A stretch of DNA of 64,000 nucleotides, taken from NCBI GenBank assembly GCA_910588045.1, contig CAJUPS010000008.1:4012-68011 (forward strand). Reading direction: 5' to 3'. The notes below the pieces were generated by a model. That model saw only the letters and a program-made list of their open reading frames with translations. It was not told where the DNA came from and made no database searches. Below are positions 30,984 through 41,862 of this stretch, piece after piece. The position numbers and the translations under genes were made by a program. This DNA comes from an uncultured Oscillospiraceae bacterium (GTDB lineage: Bacteria > Bacillota > Clostridia > Oscillospirales > Oscillospiraceae). Every line of letters starts with the position of its first letter. Within the stretch, counting starts at the first letter, position 1.

Positions 30984-33743
30984 TCACGCATCCCGTCCGC
31001 AGCAATGCTTATACTTCTTCCCGCTCCCGCAGGGGCAGGGGTCGTTGCGCCCGATCTTCTGGACCTTCCGGGGCTGCTTCTTCACGGTGCCGTCCCCCCG
31101 GCCCTCGGTGATGCCGGTGGCCACCCGCTCCCGCTTGACCTCCTGGTTGGTCTTCAGCCGCACGGAGTACAGCCGCCGCACCGTCTCCTCCTGGATGGCG
31201 GCCACCATCTCCTCAAACATGTGCAGGCTCTCCCGCTTGTAGGCGTCCACGGGGTTGGACTGGGCATAGGCCTGGAGCCGAATGCCCTGGCGCAGGTCCT
31301 GCATGGCGTCGATGTGCTCCATCCAATACTCGTCCACCACCCGCAGCATGACCACGCGCTCCAGCTCCCGCATATCGGGGAAGCCGGGGTTAGCCTCCTT
31401 GGCCTTGGCGATTTCGGCCTCCTTGGCGGCATAGGTCTCCATGGCCTTGTCGGTAAACAGCTTGATGAACTCCTCCGCGCCGGTCCTCTCGATCTCCTCC
31501 GCCGTGAGCTTCACCGCGTACTTGGGGAAGAAGGAGCCCTCCAGGGCCCCCAGCATGGTCCGGTAGGCCTCCTGATCGATGTGCTTGCTCTCCCCGAAGG
31601 CGGTGTGGACCGTCTCCGCGATGATATTGGCGATGAAGTTGGAAATATCCTTTTGCAGGTCCGCGCCGTCCAGCACGTTTTTCCGCTGGCCGTAGATGAG
31701 CTCCCGCTGCTTGTTCATTACGTCGTCGTACTCCAGGGTGCTCTTGCGGGCCTGGAAGTTCCGCGACTCCACGCTGGTCTGGGCGTTCTCGATGCCCTTG
31801 GTGAGCATCTTGTTCTCAATGGGGATGTCCTCCCCCAGGTCCAGCTTCTCCATGAGCCCCGTGATCCGCTCGCCGCCGAACAGGCGCATGAGGTCGTCGT
31901 CCAGGCTCAGGTAGAACCGGCTCTCCCCCGGGTCCCCCTGCCGCCCGGCGCGACCGCGGAGCTGGTTGTCGATACGCCGGGAGTCGTGGCGCTCGGTGCC
32001 GATGATGAACAGCCCTCCTGCCTGCCGGACCTGGTCCGCCTCCCCGGCGATCTCGGCCTTGTGCTTGGCCAGGCTCTCGGCGAACATCTTCCGGGCGTCC
32101 AGAATCTCCTGGTTGTCCGTCTCTGCGTAGCCGGTGGCCTCGGCGATGAGCTCGTCGGTGAGCCCCGCCTTCCGCAGATCGTTCTTGGCCATGAACTCGG
32201 CGTTGCCGCCCAGCATGATGTCGGTGCCGCGTCCGGCCATGTTGGTGGCCACGGTGACGGCCCCCAGCTTGCCCGCCTGGGCCACGATCTCCGCTTCCTT
32301 CTCGTGGTTCTTGGCGTTGAGGACGTTGTGCTTGACTCCCGCCTTGGTCAGCAGCTTGCTCAGGTGCTCGTTCTTCTCGATGGACACCGTGCCCACCAGC
32401 ACTGGCTGGCCCTTGGCGTGGCACTCCTTGATCTGCTGGATGACGGCGTTGTACTTGGCGCTCTCGGTCTTGTAGACCACATCGTGGTCGTCCTTCCTGG
32501 CCAGGGGGCGGTTGGTGGGGATCTCGATGATGTCCAGCTTGTAGATGGTGCCGAACTCCTCCTCCTCGGTGAGGGCCGTACCGGTCATGCCGGAGAGCTT
32601 GCTGTAGAGGCGGAAGTAGTTCTGGAAGGTGATGGTGGCCAGGGTCTTGCTCTCCCGCTCCACCTTGACCCGCTCCTTGGCCTCGATGGCCTGGTGGAGG
32701 CCCTCGCTGTAGCGCCGTCCAAACATCAGGCGGCCCGTGAACTCGTCGACGATGATGACCTGACCGTCCTTGATGACGTAGTCGATGTCCCGCTTCATGG
32801 TGCCGTGGGCCTTGATGGCCTGGTTGATGTGGTGGCTGATGGTGGAGTTCTCCGGGTCGGAGAGGTTCTCCAGGTGGAAGAACTCCTCCGCCTTGGCGAT
32901 GCCCCGGGCGGTGAGGGTGGCGGTGCGGGCCTTCTCGTCCACCACGTAGTCCGCGTCGAGGTTCACGTCCTCCTCGGCCTTCTCGTCGGTCTCGGCGATG
33001 ACCAGCTTCTTCAGGGGCCGGACGAACATCTCCGCCATGTCGTAGAGCTGGGTGGACTTCTCCCCCATGCCGGAGATGATCAGCGGGGTCCGGGCCTCGT
33101 CGATGAGGATGGAGTCCACCTCGTCCACGATGGCGAAGTGGTGGCCCCGCTGGACCAGCTCCCCGGCGTAGAGGGCCATGTTGTCCCGGAGGTAGTCGAA
33201 GCCCATCTCGTTGTTGGTGCCGTAGGTGATGTCGGCGGCGTAGGCCGCCTGTCGGGCGGGCTTATCCATGTCGTGGATGATGAGGCCCACGGTGAGGCCC
33301 AGGAAGCGGTAGACCTTCCCCATCCACTCACTGTCGCGCTTGGCCAGGTAGTCGTTGACGGTGACAATGTGGACCCCCTTGCCCGTCAGGGCGTTGAGGT
33401 AGGCGGGGAGGGTGGCCACCAGGGTTTTGCCCTCACCGGTCTTCATTTCGGCGATCCGCCCCTGGTGGAGCACCACGCCGCCCACCAGCTGCACCCGGAA
33501 GGGCCTCATGCCCAGGACCCGCACGGAGGCCTCACGCACGACGGCGAAAGCCTCGGGCAGGATGTCGTCCAGGGTCTCCCCTTTTTGCAGGCGCTGCTTA
33601 AACTCGCCGGTCTTTGCGGTGAGCTGCGCATCGGAGAGCGCCTGATACGCCGGTTCCAGCGCCTCGATCTTGTCCACGATGGGATAGATCTGCTTCAGCT
33701 CCCGCTCGCTGTAAGTCCCGAAAATTTTTGTAATCAAACCCAT
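30984..33743 (-). CDS. secA: Preprotein translocase ATPase SecA
   Basis: DEAD-motor motifs ([40 protein letters not shown]) and the C-terminal zinc motif [14 protein letters not shown]. Confidence 0.97.
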   Translation of the reverse strand: MGLITKIFGTYSERELKQIYPIVDKIEALEPAYQALSDAQLTAKTGEFKQRLQKGETLDDILPEAFAVVREASVRVLGMRPFRVQLVGGVVLHQGRIAEMKTGEGKTLVATLPAYLNALTGKGVHIVTVNDYLAKRDSEWMGKVYRFLGLTVGLIIHDMDKPARQAAYAADITYGTNNEMGFDYLRDNMALYAGELVQRGHHFAIVDEVDSILIDEARTPLIISGMGEKSTQLYDMAEMFVRPLKKLVIAETDEKAEEDVNLDADYVVDEKARTATLTARGIAKAEEFFHLENLSDPENSTISHHINQAIKAHGTMKRDIDYVIKDGQVIIVDEFTGRLMFGRRYSEGLHQAIEAKERVKVERESKTLATITFQNYFRLYSKLSGMTGTALTEEEEFGTIYKLDIIEIPTNRPLARKDDHDVVYKTESAKYNAVIQQIKECHAKGQPVLVGTVSIEKNEHLSKLLTKAGVKHNVLNAKNHEKEAEIVAQAGKLGAVTVATNMAGRGTDIMLGGNAEFMAKNDLRKAGLTDELIAEATGYAETDNQEILDARKMFAESLAKHKAEIAGEADQVRQAGGLFIIGTERHDSRRIDNQLRGRAGRQGDPGESRFYLSLDDDLMRLFGGERITGLMEKLDLGEDIPIENKMLTKGIENAQTSVESRNFQARKSTLEYDDVMNKQRELIYGQRKNVLDGADLQKDISNFIANIIAETVHTAFGESKHIDQEAYRTMLGALEGSFFPKYAVKLTAEEIERTGAEEFIKLFTDKAMETYAAKEAEIAKAKEANPGFPDMRELERVVMLRVVDEYWMEHIDAMQDLRQGIRLQAYAQSNPVDAYKRESLHMFEEMVAAIQEETVRRLYSVRLKTNQEVKRERVATGITEGRGDGTVKKQPRKVQKIGRNDPCPCGSGKKYKHCCGRDA

Positions 33744-34156
33744 TCAAATAATACTCCTCTTTCGTAAGAGTGGATCACACAACAATACAAGATAATAGTA
33801 TAGCACAATTCTGGTAATTTGCAATGGGAAAATACACGGAATACGCAGCCTATAAGCGCACAGCAGGGCGGCGCACAGCCCTATGGCCGCGCGCCGCCCT
33901 GCCGACACAACTATATATATCAAAAATCCCGCCCGCGTCCCGGACACGCAGGCGAGGATTTCTGCACGGACTGCCTACGCTCATGCGATTCCCTAAGAGC
34001 CTGTTTAATATCTCAAGCACCTTTTTTGACACCCAGAGGCTCTTAGAGCCTGTTTCGTATCTCATCGTGCGTTACCGGGGGAAGCTCTCGGAATAGCCGC
34101 TGCCTAAGAGCGAATGAAAGTTCTTTTGGGGAACCTTTTTCCCGGAAGAAAAAGGG

Positions 34157-34369
34157 TTAAGCGGTCGCTTCGCTTGGCGTTCTCTCCCGGAAGAGAAGAG
34201 AAATGCACCACAGTCCACCCAGGCCCACCAGGGCGTAAATCACCCGGGAGATCACTCCCATCTGCCCGCCGCAGAGGAAGGCTACCAGGTCCAGTCCAAA
34301 CAGTCCGATGGTGCCCCAGTTGAGTGCGCCAATCACGACCAGAAGCAGTGCAATCCGATCCAAAACCAT
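34157..34369 (-). CDS. DUF378-family small membrane protein
   Basis: 70 aa with the motif IGALNWGTIGLFGLDLVA, characteristic of DUF378 (from memory). Confidence 0.7.
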   Translation of the reverse strand: MVLDRIALLLVVIGALNWGTIGLFGLDLVAFLCGGQMGVISRVIYALVGLGGLWCISLLFRERTPSEATA

Positions 34370-34448
34370 ATCTGTTACCTCCTTTTTTGTTGCGAAAGCC
34401 GGTCGGCTTACGGAGGTAGTTTTGCCTCTTTATCCGTCGCTATCCATA

Positions 34449-34490
34449 CAAAAAATGGGAGCGGTTCATTGACAAGGAACCGCTCCCATT
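34449..34490 (-). terminator. Rho-independent terminator of the GH31 gene
   Basis: 14-bp stem AATGGGAGCGGTTC / GAACCGCTCCCATT, followed on the minus strand by TTTTTT. Confidence 0.8.
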
Positions 34491-34546
34491 GCTCCTGCCG
34501 ACGTCATCACGTAGCTTGCAGGAAAATATTGGAAAACAAGAGCGCG

Positions 34547-36493
34547 TTACGCCTCCCTGCGCCGTATCACGCAGTGCTCCAGGCCACACCGCTTGGTGGA
34601 GCCGTCGTCCACGTACTGCTCGTATACGCTGCCGGTGCCCAGCAGCTCCACATCCAGCAAATCCAACTCCGCCGTATTGGCCGCAGGCTTCCCCACGGGA
34701 ACCAACTTCCCCTGTCGGATGTAGAACACCACCTGGTTCAGCGGCGCCATCACGGTCCGCTCTCCGGCCCCCACGTTGATGCAGGTAAAGCCGTCGCTGC
34801 CATAGCGCACCTCGGTCATGGGCTCCGGCAGGTAGACGATCCGGCCCTTGGCACCCTGCTCCAAGATCGGCGCAATCATGACGCTCTCCCCCACCATCAG
34901 CTGATCCTCGATCTCTCTGGCCTTCCCGTCCTCCGGGTAATCGAAGGCCAGGGGCTTGATGTACATATTCCGCCGCAGAGCGGCCTTCATGAACTCGGAA
35001 TACAGGTAGGGCAGCAGCCGATAGCGCAGGCTGACAAGGGTGCGGAAGTCCTCCGGCTGACGGAACCGGTAGCACTCCTGATTCTTGGTGAAAATGGCGG
35101 AGTGGTTGCGCATGAGGGGCGTGAAGACGGAAACGGCCAGCCAGCGCAGCAGCAGCTCCCTGTTACTGTTTCCTCCAAAGCCGCCGGTATCCGCGCCGGT
35201 GTAGAGGAATCCGCACATGTTCAGCGATGGCATATGGTACACGTTCTGCCGCAGCATCTCCCATGTGGAGGCGTTGTCCCCCGTCCAGATCCCGCCATAC
35301 CGGTGGGCCCCGATGTAGGACGAGCGGGAGAACAGCAGATACCGCTTGTCCAGCAGCCGGTCCAGGCCCTCGCCGGAGGCCCGGGTCATCATCGCGCCGA
35401 AGAGGTTGTGGACCTCGTAGTTGCTCTTCTCCCTGCCGTCGTCCAGGCGGTGGAAGAAGTCCTTGAAGTCCGCAATGTGGCGCTCCGGCTGATCCGGGTC
35501 GCCCCGCTCCACGTCGGGCTTCGTCCCCTTGGCCCGGTACTCCGTGGAGAAAATAGCGGGTTCGTTCATATCATTCCAGAACCCCTCCAGGCCGCAGTCC
35601 GTGTAGATCCTGTACTGCTCCCCGAACCAGGTCCGCACCTCCTCCCGGAGGAAGTCCGGGAAATGGGTCATGCCGGGCCAGACCTCCGCTTGAAAGTCCG
35701 TTCCCTCGTGGTTCTTGCAGAAGAAGCCGCTCCGGACGCCCTCGTCGTACACCCGGTTGCCCGGCTCGATCTTGATTCCTGCGTCCACAATGGGCACCAG
35801 ATGGATCCCCTTCTCCTTCAGTCCGGCCGTATACCCCGCCAGGTCCGGAAAGCGGCGCTTGTTGATGGTGAAATCAATATAGCGGTCCATGTAGTCGATG
35901 TCCAGGCAGACATAGTCCAGGGGGATGCCCTTCTCCTCGTGCTTGGCGATCACCCGGCTGACGTCCCGCTCCGTCTTATACCCCCAGCGGCTCTGGCCGT
36001 AGCCAAACGCCCACAGGGGCGGCAGGAAGCTCTGTCCGATGACGTGCAGGAACTGCCGGACCACGTCGTAGGCGTTCTCCCCCTCCACAACATACAGCCG
36101 CAGATCCTGGGACTCGCAGGAGACCGACAGGACGCCATCCCCTCTGCTGTCCATGTCAAACACCACCTTGGCCGGGGTATCGAAGAAAGCGCCGAAGGCG
36201 GTCTCTCCATCCACCACAAAGAAATTGTGGGCGCCGTACATGGAGGGCATATCGTCCTTGTGGTGGGGATCGTCATAGTTGAAGCTGATGTATCGGGCAC
36301 CCCGCTTGTTGATCCCCCGCATGGTCTCCCCCAGGCCGTAGATTATGTCGTCCTCCCCCAGCTGGCAGGAGAAACTCTGGGGCGAGCCCTTTTTGCGGGT
36401 GAAATGGCGGAGCTGCTCATGGTCGCAGAGGGGAACCTGCTCCACCACCGCGAAGGTCTCCACCGGGGTTCCGTAGTGAAACTGCGTTATCAT
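34547..36493 (-). CDS. Glycoside hydrolase family 31 (alpha-glucosidase/alpha-xylosidase-like)
   Basis: 648 aa with the GH31 catalytic-region motifs GFWNDMNEP and HRYGGIWTGDN. Confidence 0.85.
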   Translation of the reverse strand: MITQFHYGTPVETFAVVEQVPLCDHEQLRHFTRKKGSPQSFSCQLGEDDIIYGLGETMRGINKRGARYISFNYDDPHHKDDMPSMYGAHNFFVVDGETAFGAFFDTPAKVVFDMDSRGDGVLSVSCESQDLRLYVVEGENAYDVVRQFLHVIGQSFLPPLWAFGYGQSRWGYKTERDVSRVIAKHEEKGIPLDYVCLDIDYMDRYIDFTINKRRFPDLAGYTAGLKEKGIHLVPIVDAGIKIEPGNRVYDEGVRSGFFCKNHEGTDFQAEVWPGMTHFPDFLREEVRTWFGEQYRIYTDCGLEGFWNDMNEPAIFSTEYRAKGTKPDVERGDPDQPERHIADFKDFFHRLDDGREKSNYEVHNLFGAMMTRASGEGLDRLLDKRYLLFSRSSYIGAHRYGGIWTGDNASTWEMLRQNVYHMPSLNMCGFLYTGADTGGFGGNSNRELLLRWLAVSVFTPLMRNHSAIFTKNQECYRFRQPEDFRTLVSLRYRLLPYLYSEFMKAALRRNMYIKPLAFDYPEDGKAREIEDQLMVGESVMIAPILEQGAKGRIVYLPEPMTEVRYGSDGFTCINVGAGERTVMAPLNQVVFYIRQGKLVPVGKPAANTAELDLLDVELLGTGSVYEQYVDDGSTKRCGLEHCVIRRREA

Positions 36494-36596
36494 GTATACA
36501 ACCTCCCTGTTGTGCGTTCATCCCCTGCATTATAACGGAAGTCCGCCCCCCATGCAACACAAATCTTTCCGGATTGCCGGATTTTTCTCCGGCAGG

Positions 36597-36630
36597 CAAA
36601 ATGCCGCCCGGGCTTACAGCCCGGGCGGCA
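36597..36630 (-). terminator. Rho-independent terminator after rpmF
   Basis: 13-bp stem TGCCGCCCGGGCT / AGCCCGGGCGGCA, followed by TTTT on the minus strand. Confidence 0.75.
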
Positions 36631-36645
36631 GATGGAGCAAATCAA

Positions 36646-36834
36646 TTAGTCCTCCTCAGCGGCGCTCTTGACCTGACGGCCGTTATAAGTACCGCACTCG
36701 GGGCACATTCTGTGGGGCAGGCGCATCGCACCACACTTGGGACAAGGAGTAAGACCGGGCACCTTCAGCTTCCACACGGAAGAGCGGCGCTTGTCACGTC
36801 TCGCCTTGGATACTTTACCCTTAGGGACTGCCAT
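36646..36834 (-). CDS. rpmF: 50S ribosomal protein L32
   Basis: MAVPKGKVSKARRDKRR... N-terminus and the zinc-ribbon CPKCG...CPECG. Confidence 0.95.
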   Translation of the reverse strand: MAVPKGKVSKARRDKRRSSVWKLKVPGLTPCPKCGAMRLPHRMCPECGTYNGRQVKSAAEED

Positions 36835-36868
36835 GATGACACCTCCTATATATCTGAATTTTTATTTC

Positions 36869-37369
36869 TTAGTCGTCTCTCTCCAGAAGCTGCGCCAGCA
36901 CCGCCAATCGGGGGTCCACCTGCTTTTGGCAGGTACAGCTCCCTTGGTTGAGATCGACGCCGCAGCCGGGGCAGATCCCCTTGCAGTCCTCCGAACAGAG
37001 TGTCTTCGTGTCCATCTCCAGGATGAACGCCGTCCGGGCCAGGTCGCCCACATCGACGCATCCGTCCTCCAGGACGACAATGTCGTCGTTGTCCTCGCTC
37101 TCCACGCTCTCCGCCAGCGCGTATTCGCACCGGACGGAGCGGGGGTCGTCAAAGGACTTCAGGCACCGGTCGCAAACGGACTGCAAGGTCGAGCTCGCCG
37201 TGAAGGACAGGAGCAGCATCCCCGCAATATTCCGCACCTCGCCGGTTACCACCACCGGGTTCTGTGCGGGATACAGGCCGCCGAAGTCCACATCGGACAG
37301 ATCCAGGTCAAACTGGAAGGCTATCCGCTCTCCGGGGGCGTTGATGATCCTCTGTACATTCAAAAGCAT
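36869..37369 (-). CDS. yceD: YceD/DUF177 family protein (23S rRNA accumulation protein), upstream of rpmF
   Basis: Start reset to ATG 37369 (MLLNVQRI...). C-terminal motif CSEDCKGICPGCGVDLN. The yceD-rpmF synteny is conserved. Confidence 0.8.
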   Translation of the reverse strand: MLLNVQRIINAPGERIAFQFDLDLSDVDFGGLYPAQNPVVVTGEVRNIAGMLLLSFTASSTLQSVCDRCLKSFDDPRSVRCEYALAESVESEDNDDIVVLEDGCVDVGDLARTAFILEMDTKTLCSEDCKGICPGCGVDLNQGSCTCQKQVDPRLAVLAQLLERDD

Positions 37370-37463
37370 GGCGCACCTCACAAAGACACGAATAGTATTA
37401 TAGTGGATTACAGCCGGAATGTCAAATACTTTTTTCCAAATTTCCGCAAAAATTTTGGATTTT

Positions 37464-37922
37464 TCAGTATGCCAGCTTTTCCTCGGTCCAGTCCTGGATG
37501 ATCCCACTGTAGTAGGCGCACTGCTCCTTCGCCAGGGAGACCTCAAGGTTGATATAATTCCCGCACTCCACGGGGCTCTTCCCCGGCATCTCACCCTCGA
37601 AGGCCGCCCCGGCGGCGAAGGTCTCCTTCACCAGCTCCACGGCGTCCGCCTCACTGAGCTTCCGGCTGTCGAAGAGGAAGTAGAACCCGGTCTGACAGCC
37701 CATGGGGCCGAAGTAGATCACGGCGTCCTTGGCCCGCCCGTTCCGGAGCAGCGTGGCGATGATATGCTCCACGGAGTGCATCTCCGCGTTGGTCAGCAGG
37801 TCCCCGGTGTTGGGCTTCTTGAAGCGGAGGTCGAAGGTGACGACCTCCCCGTCCCGGCGGGAGAGGTACATGCCGGGGACCAGCTTGTTGTGGTCCACCT
37901 GAAAACTGGCGATGCGTTCCAT
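37464..37922 (-). CDS. luxS: S-ribosylhomocysteine lyase LuxS
   Basis: 152 aa with SFxVDHxKL at the N-terminus and the metal motif HSVEHIIA...GPMGCQTG. Confidence 0.9.
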   Translation of the reverse strand: MERIASFQVDHNKLVPGMYLSRRDGEVVTFDLRFKKPNTGDLLTNAEMHSVEHIIATLLRNGRAKDAVIYFGPMGCQTGFYFLFDSRKLSEADAVELVKETFAAGAAFEGEMPGKSPVECGNYINLEVSLAKEQCAYYSGIIQDWTEEKLAY

Positions 37923-37944
37923 GTTGGTTTCCTCCTGATGATTT

Positions 37945-39471
37945 CTATTTCGTCTTTCCCCGTGTCCGGTTGCGGTTCCCGCCCCGCCGTCCGTCGGCGA
38001 AGGCCGCCAGGCGGCCCATCCGGGGCGGGTCGGAGGTGATCTTCCGCATCACCGGCCTGGGCGGCACGGGGGGATAGGTAGCCTTGGGGTGCTCGATCTT
38101 GATGATGACCGGTTCCTCGTCTGCGGCAGCGGGCCGGACCGGTCTCCCCGGCTTTGCGGCCTTTGGCGCGGGGGGCACCGGCACAGGCCGCGGGGCCTTC
38201 AAACCGGGCTGCGGCGGCAGGGGCGCCCGGGGCGCCCTGAGGGGCGGCTCCGCCGGAGGGGGCGGCGCCTTCTGCGCCTGCTGGCGCTGGGCCCTTGGTG
38301 GTCTGGGCTCCCGCTGCTTCTTGGGCGTCAGCTCGAAGATCTCCATGGGCCAGGGGTGATTCTCCACTACCGGGACCTGTTTCTTGATGAGCTTTTCGAT
38401 GTCCTTGAGGTAGGCCAGCTCGTCCACGTTGCAGAAGCTGATGGCAACTCCCCCTCGGCCCGCCCGGCCCGTGCGCCCGATGCGGTGGACGTAGGTCTCC
38501 GGCACGTTGGGCAGCTCGTAGTTCACCACCGCCGCCAGCTCGTTGACGTCAATGCCCCGGGCCGCGATGTCGGTGGCCACCAGTACCCGGATGGCCCCGC
38601 TCTTAAAGCTGTCCAGGGCCTTGATCCGGGCGCTCTGCCCCTTGTTGCCGTGGATGGCCATGGCGGCGATGCCCGCACGGCCCAGCTCCTTCACCACCCG
38701 GTCCGCACCGTGCTTGGTGTTGGTAAACACCAGGACGCTGTCCAGGCTCTCGTCCTGCAACACATGCTGGAGCAGGAATTTCTTGTTGCCCTTGTCCACC
38801 TTGTAGAGCCTCTGCTCGATGGCCTCCACCGTGGAGGACTGGGGCGTCACCTCCACCCGGACGGGGTTGACGAGGATGGTCCGGGACAGCTCGGCGATCT
38901 CCTGCGGCATGGTGGCGGAGAAGAGCAGGGTCTGCCGCTTCTCCGGCAGACGGGCGATCACCTTCCGCACGTCGTGGATAAAGCCCATGTCCAGCATCCG
39001 GTCCGCCTCGTCGAGGACGAAGGTCTCAATGCCGGAGAGGTCGATGTGTCCCTGATTGCACAGGTCGTTGAGCCGCCCGGGGGTAGCCACCAGGATGTCC
39101 ACGCCCCTCTCCAGGGCCTCCACCTGGGGCGCCTGCCCCACGCCGCCGAAGATAACGGTATGGCGCAGCTCCAGGTACTTGCCGTACTGATCGAAGCTCT
39201 CTTTGATTTGCAAAGCCAATTCCCTCGTGGGCGTCAGCACCAGAGCGCGGATCGGCGTGTGCCGCTTGCTGACGTGGCCGTGGAGCCGCTGGAGAATGGG
39301 AATGGCGAAGGCGGCGGTCTTACCGGTGCCGGTCTGGGCACAGCCGATGAGGTCCCGGCCCTTCAGTACCGGCGGGATCGCCTGGGCCTGGATCGGAGAG
39401 GGCCGGACGTAGCCCAGCTCGTCTACTGCGTCCAGAAGCGCAGGAAGTAAGTTCAGTTGTTGAAATGTCAT
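37945..39471 (-). CDS. DEAD-box ATP-dependent RNA helicase (RhlE-like) with a Pro/Arg-rich C-terminal tail
   Basis: Q-motif, [13 protein letters not shown] (LDEADRM), SAT and [10 protein letters not shown]. Confidence 0.9.
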   Translation of the reverse strand: MTFQQLNLLPALLDAVDELGYVRPSPIQAQAIPPVLKGRDLIGCAQTGTGKTAAFAIPILQRLHGHVSKRHTPIRALVLTPTRELALQIKESFDQYGKYLELRHTVIFGGVGQAPQVEALERGVDILVATPGRLNDLCNQGHIDLSGIETFVLDEADRMLDMGFIHDVRKVIARLPEKRQTLLFSATMPQEIAELSRTILVNPVRVEVTPQSSTVEAIEQRLYKVDKGNKKFLLQHVLQDESLDSVLVFTNTKHGADRVVKELGRAGIAAMAIHGNKGQSARIKALDSFKSGAIRVLVATDIAARGIDVNELAAVVNYELPNVPETYVHRIGRTGRAGRGGVAISFCNVDELAYLKDIEKLIKKQVPVVENHPWPMEIFELTPKKQREPRPPRAQRQQAQKAPPPPAEPPLRAPRAPLPPQPGLKAPRPVPVPPAPKAAKPGRPVRPAAADEEPVIIKIEHPKATYPPVPPRPVMRKITSDPPRMGRLAAFADGRRGGNRNRTRGKTK

Positions 39472-39732
39472 GGTATTCCTTTATTCAATAGATTTGCGCG
39501 GATGCACGCTTCGGCTTATTATAAACGGTTTTCCGGAAAAAAGCAATCCCTTCGGGCAAAAATCGTGATACCGGCGGGTATTGACGTTTTTCTGCCGTTT
39601 GTGCTATGATGAACCCGGCAAGGATAAAAACACGTCCCGGTCGGTAGTCCGGGAGCGGCGGTATGCCGTCAGTAGCCTTCCTCCTTTGGTCGTCCGTTCC
39701 TTGCGGCAGCATATAAAAGGAGGAATCTGAGC

Positions 39733-40152
39733 ATGGAAACTGCGACAAGCAAGCTGACGGTACTTTTCGACCCGCCCTTCTGGGTCGGACTGTTCGAGCG
39801 GGAGAGCGGGGGCCGGTACGAGGCGTGCCGGGTGGTGTTCGGGGCAGAGCCCCGGGACTCTGAGGTCTACGCCTACATCCTGGACCGCTACGGCCAGCTG
39901 GACTTCTCCCCCGGACTTCCGTCGGAAGGGACCGGGGAGCGAACGTGCAGCCCCAAGCGCGCCCAGCGGCTGGCCCGGCAGCAGACCCAGTGCACCGGCA
40001 TAGGCACCAAGGCCCAGCAGGCGCTCCAGCTCCAGCGGGAGCAGAACAAGCAGGAGCGCCGCGCCCTCTCCCGGGAAGCCCGGGAGGCGGAGGAGACCCG
40101 CCGTCTCCGGCTGCGCCAGGAGAAGCGGCGGGAGAAGCACCGGGGGCATTGA
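39733..40152 (+). CDS. YjdF/DUF2992-family protein
   Basis: N-terminus KLTVLFDPPFWVGLFE plus a basic Arg/Gln-rich C-terminal helix, a pattern I recall for DUF2992. Confidence 0.55.
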   Translation: METATSKLTVLFDPPFWVGLFERESGGRYEACRVVFGAEPRDSEVYAYILDRYGQLDFSPGLPSEGTGERTCSPKRAQRLARQQTQCTGIGTKAQQALQLQREQNKQERRALSREAREAEETRRLRLRQEKRREKHRGH

Positions 40153-40165
40153 CGGTTTCCAAAAG

Positions 40166-40194
40166 CGGGAGAGACGGCGACGCTCTCCCGTTTT
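40166..40194 (+). terminator. Rho-independent terminator
   Basis: Stem CGGGAGAG / CTCTCCCG followed by TTTT. Confidence 0.6.
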
Positions 40195-40253
40195 CCCGGC
40201 ACTTTTCAGACAAATTTGCTATATTGTGAGAAAGCAAAAGGAGGACTGCCACC

Positions 40254-41276
40254 ATGCTGTATTTCCGCAACGACTACGGCGCAGGCGCACACCCGGCCGT
40301 ACTGGAGGCGCTGATCAAGACCAACCTGGAGCTGACCCCGGGCTACGGGACCGACCCGTACTGCCGCAAGGCGGAGGAGACCGTCCGGGGGCTGTGCGGC
40401 GCGCCCGACGCCGCCGTCCACTTTCTGGTGGGCGGCACCCAGGTGAACAAGACGGCCATCTCCGCGTTTCTGCGCCCCTATGAGGCGGTGGTCGCCGCCG
40501 CCAGCGGGCACATCTGCGTCCACGAGGCCGGGGCCGTGGAACAGGACGGCCACAAAATTCTCACCGTCCCCTCCTCCGACGGCAAGCTGTCCCCGGCTCT
40601 GCTGCGGGAGGCCGCAGGCGGAGTGGTAAACGAGCACACCACCGTCCCCCGGCTGGCCTACCTCTCCAACACCACCGAGCTGGGCACGGTCTACACCCGG
40701 GAAGAGCTGCGGGCGCTGCGGACGGCCTGCGACGAATTGGGCCTGCTGCTCTACTGCGACGGGGCCCGCCTGGGCAGCGCCATGGACGCGGGCGGCACCT
40801 CCCTCGCGGACTACGGGGAGACTTGCGACGCCTTCACCATCGGCGGCACCAAGAACGGCCTGCTCTTCGGGGAGGCGCTGGTAATCGTGAACCCCGCCCT
40901 CCAGCCCTGTTTCCGCAACTGCATGAAGCAGCAGGGGGCCATGCTGGCCAAGGGGCGGCTGTTGGGGGTGCAGTTTGATACCATTCTCCGGGAGGGCCTA
41001 TATCTGGGGCTTGCCTCCCATGCCAACCGGCAGGCAAAACGTCTGGCGTCGGGGCTGGAGAACCAGGGGATTTCCCTGCTGGTCCCGGCTGAGAGCAACC
41101 AGGTGTTCCCTGTTTTCCCGGACGGCGCGGTGGAGGCGCTGGGGGAGCATGTCGAATTTGAGGTGGAGCGAAAAATCGACCCGTCCCACACCTGCATCCG
41201 ATTCGTCACGGCGTGGCACACGGCGGAGGAGGATGTGGACGCGCTGCTGGAGCTGACCGGACGGTTGATGAAATAG
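40254..41276 (+). CDS. Low-specificity threonine aldolase / beta-eliminating lyase family PLP enzyme
   Basis: 340 aa with FRNDY...HP N-terminal features, GGTQVN, and a GGTKNG Lys-containing PLP site. Confidence 0.75.
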   Translation: MLYFRNDYGAGAHPAVLEALIKTNLELTPGYGTDPYCRKAEETVRGLCGAPDAAVHFLVGGTQVNKTAISAFLRPYEAVVAAASGHICVHEAGAVEQDGHKILTVPSSDGKLSPALLREAAGGVVNEHTTVPRLAYLSNTTELGTVYTREELRALRTACDELGLLLYCDGARLGSAMDAGGTSLADYGETCDAFTIGGTKNGLLFGEALVIVNPALQPCFRNCMKQQGAMLAKGRLLGVQFDTILREGLYLGLASHANRQAKRLASGLENQGISLLVPAESNQVFPVFPDGAVEALGEHVEFEVERKIDPSHTCIRFVTAWHTAEEDVDALLELTGRLMK

Positions 41277-41279
41277 AGC

Positions 41280-41314
41280 GAGGGCGGCAGAAATGCCGCC
41301 CTCTAAAAATTTTC
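41280..41314 (+). terminator. Rho-independent terminator
   Basis: Stem GAGGGCGGC / GCCGCCCTC followed by TAAAAATTTT. Confidence 0.65.
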
Positions 41315-41394
41315 CCGCTGTCCATGTGATAATCTCCCCTCCTCCGGTGTTATATGGTTGAGGGCCTCAAACAATCCGAGAAGGAAGTGACGCA

Positions 41395-41862
41395 ATGACC
41401 GCCAGTCAGCTATCCGAACTGTTCGCCCACTACGGGGACGACATATACCGCTTCGCCTACAGCTACACCCGGCACCGCTCGGACGCGGAGGACGTATGCC
41501 AGAGCGTATTCTGCCGCCTGGCGGAGGGCGGGACAGAGCTGATGCCAGGAAAAGAAAAAGCCTGGCTGCTGCAATGCGCCGCCAACGCCTGCAAGAACCG
41601 CTTCCGGTTCCTGCGGCGGTGGGAGAGCGTGCCGCTGGAGGAGGCGGAGGCCATCCCCGACGAGAGCAGTCGGGCGGTGCTGGAGGCCGTGCTGTCCCTT
41701 CCCGAGAAATACCGGGCCCCGGTGCACCTGTACTACTACGAGGGCTACAGCCAGAAGGAGATCGCGGACATCCTGGGTCTGAGCCTGACGGCGGTACAGA
41801 CCAGGATGCAGCGGGCCCGCACCATGCTGAAGGAGGTATTGAGCGATGAGATCACATTATAG
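41395..41862 (+). CDS. ECF-type sigma-70 family sigma factor (second copy in this window)
   Basis: Region 2 (DAEDVCQSVFCRL) and region 4 (YYEGYSQKEIADILGLSLTAVQTRMQRARTML). Confidence 0.85.
   Translation: MTASQLSELFAHYGDDIYRFAYSYTRHRSDAEDVCQSVFCRLAEGGTELMPGKEKAWLLQCAANACKNRFRFLRRWESVPLEEAEAIPDESSRAVLEAVLSLPEKYRAPVHLYYYEGYSQKEIADILGLSLTAVQTRMQRARTMLKEVLSDEITL

Noticed and set aside
39485-40270. 261-aa minus-strand ORF and nested ORFs (39604..40149, 39888..40202) opposite the DUF2992 gene.
   Set aside because: They have Pro/Arg/Gly-rich shadow composition. The plus-strand DUF2992-like gene has a recognisable N-terminal motif and its own terminator.
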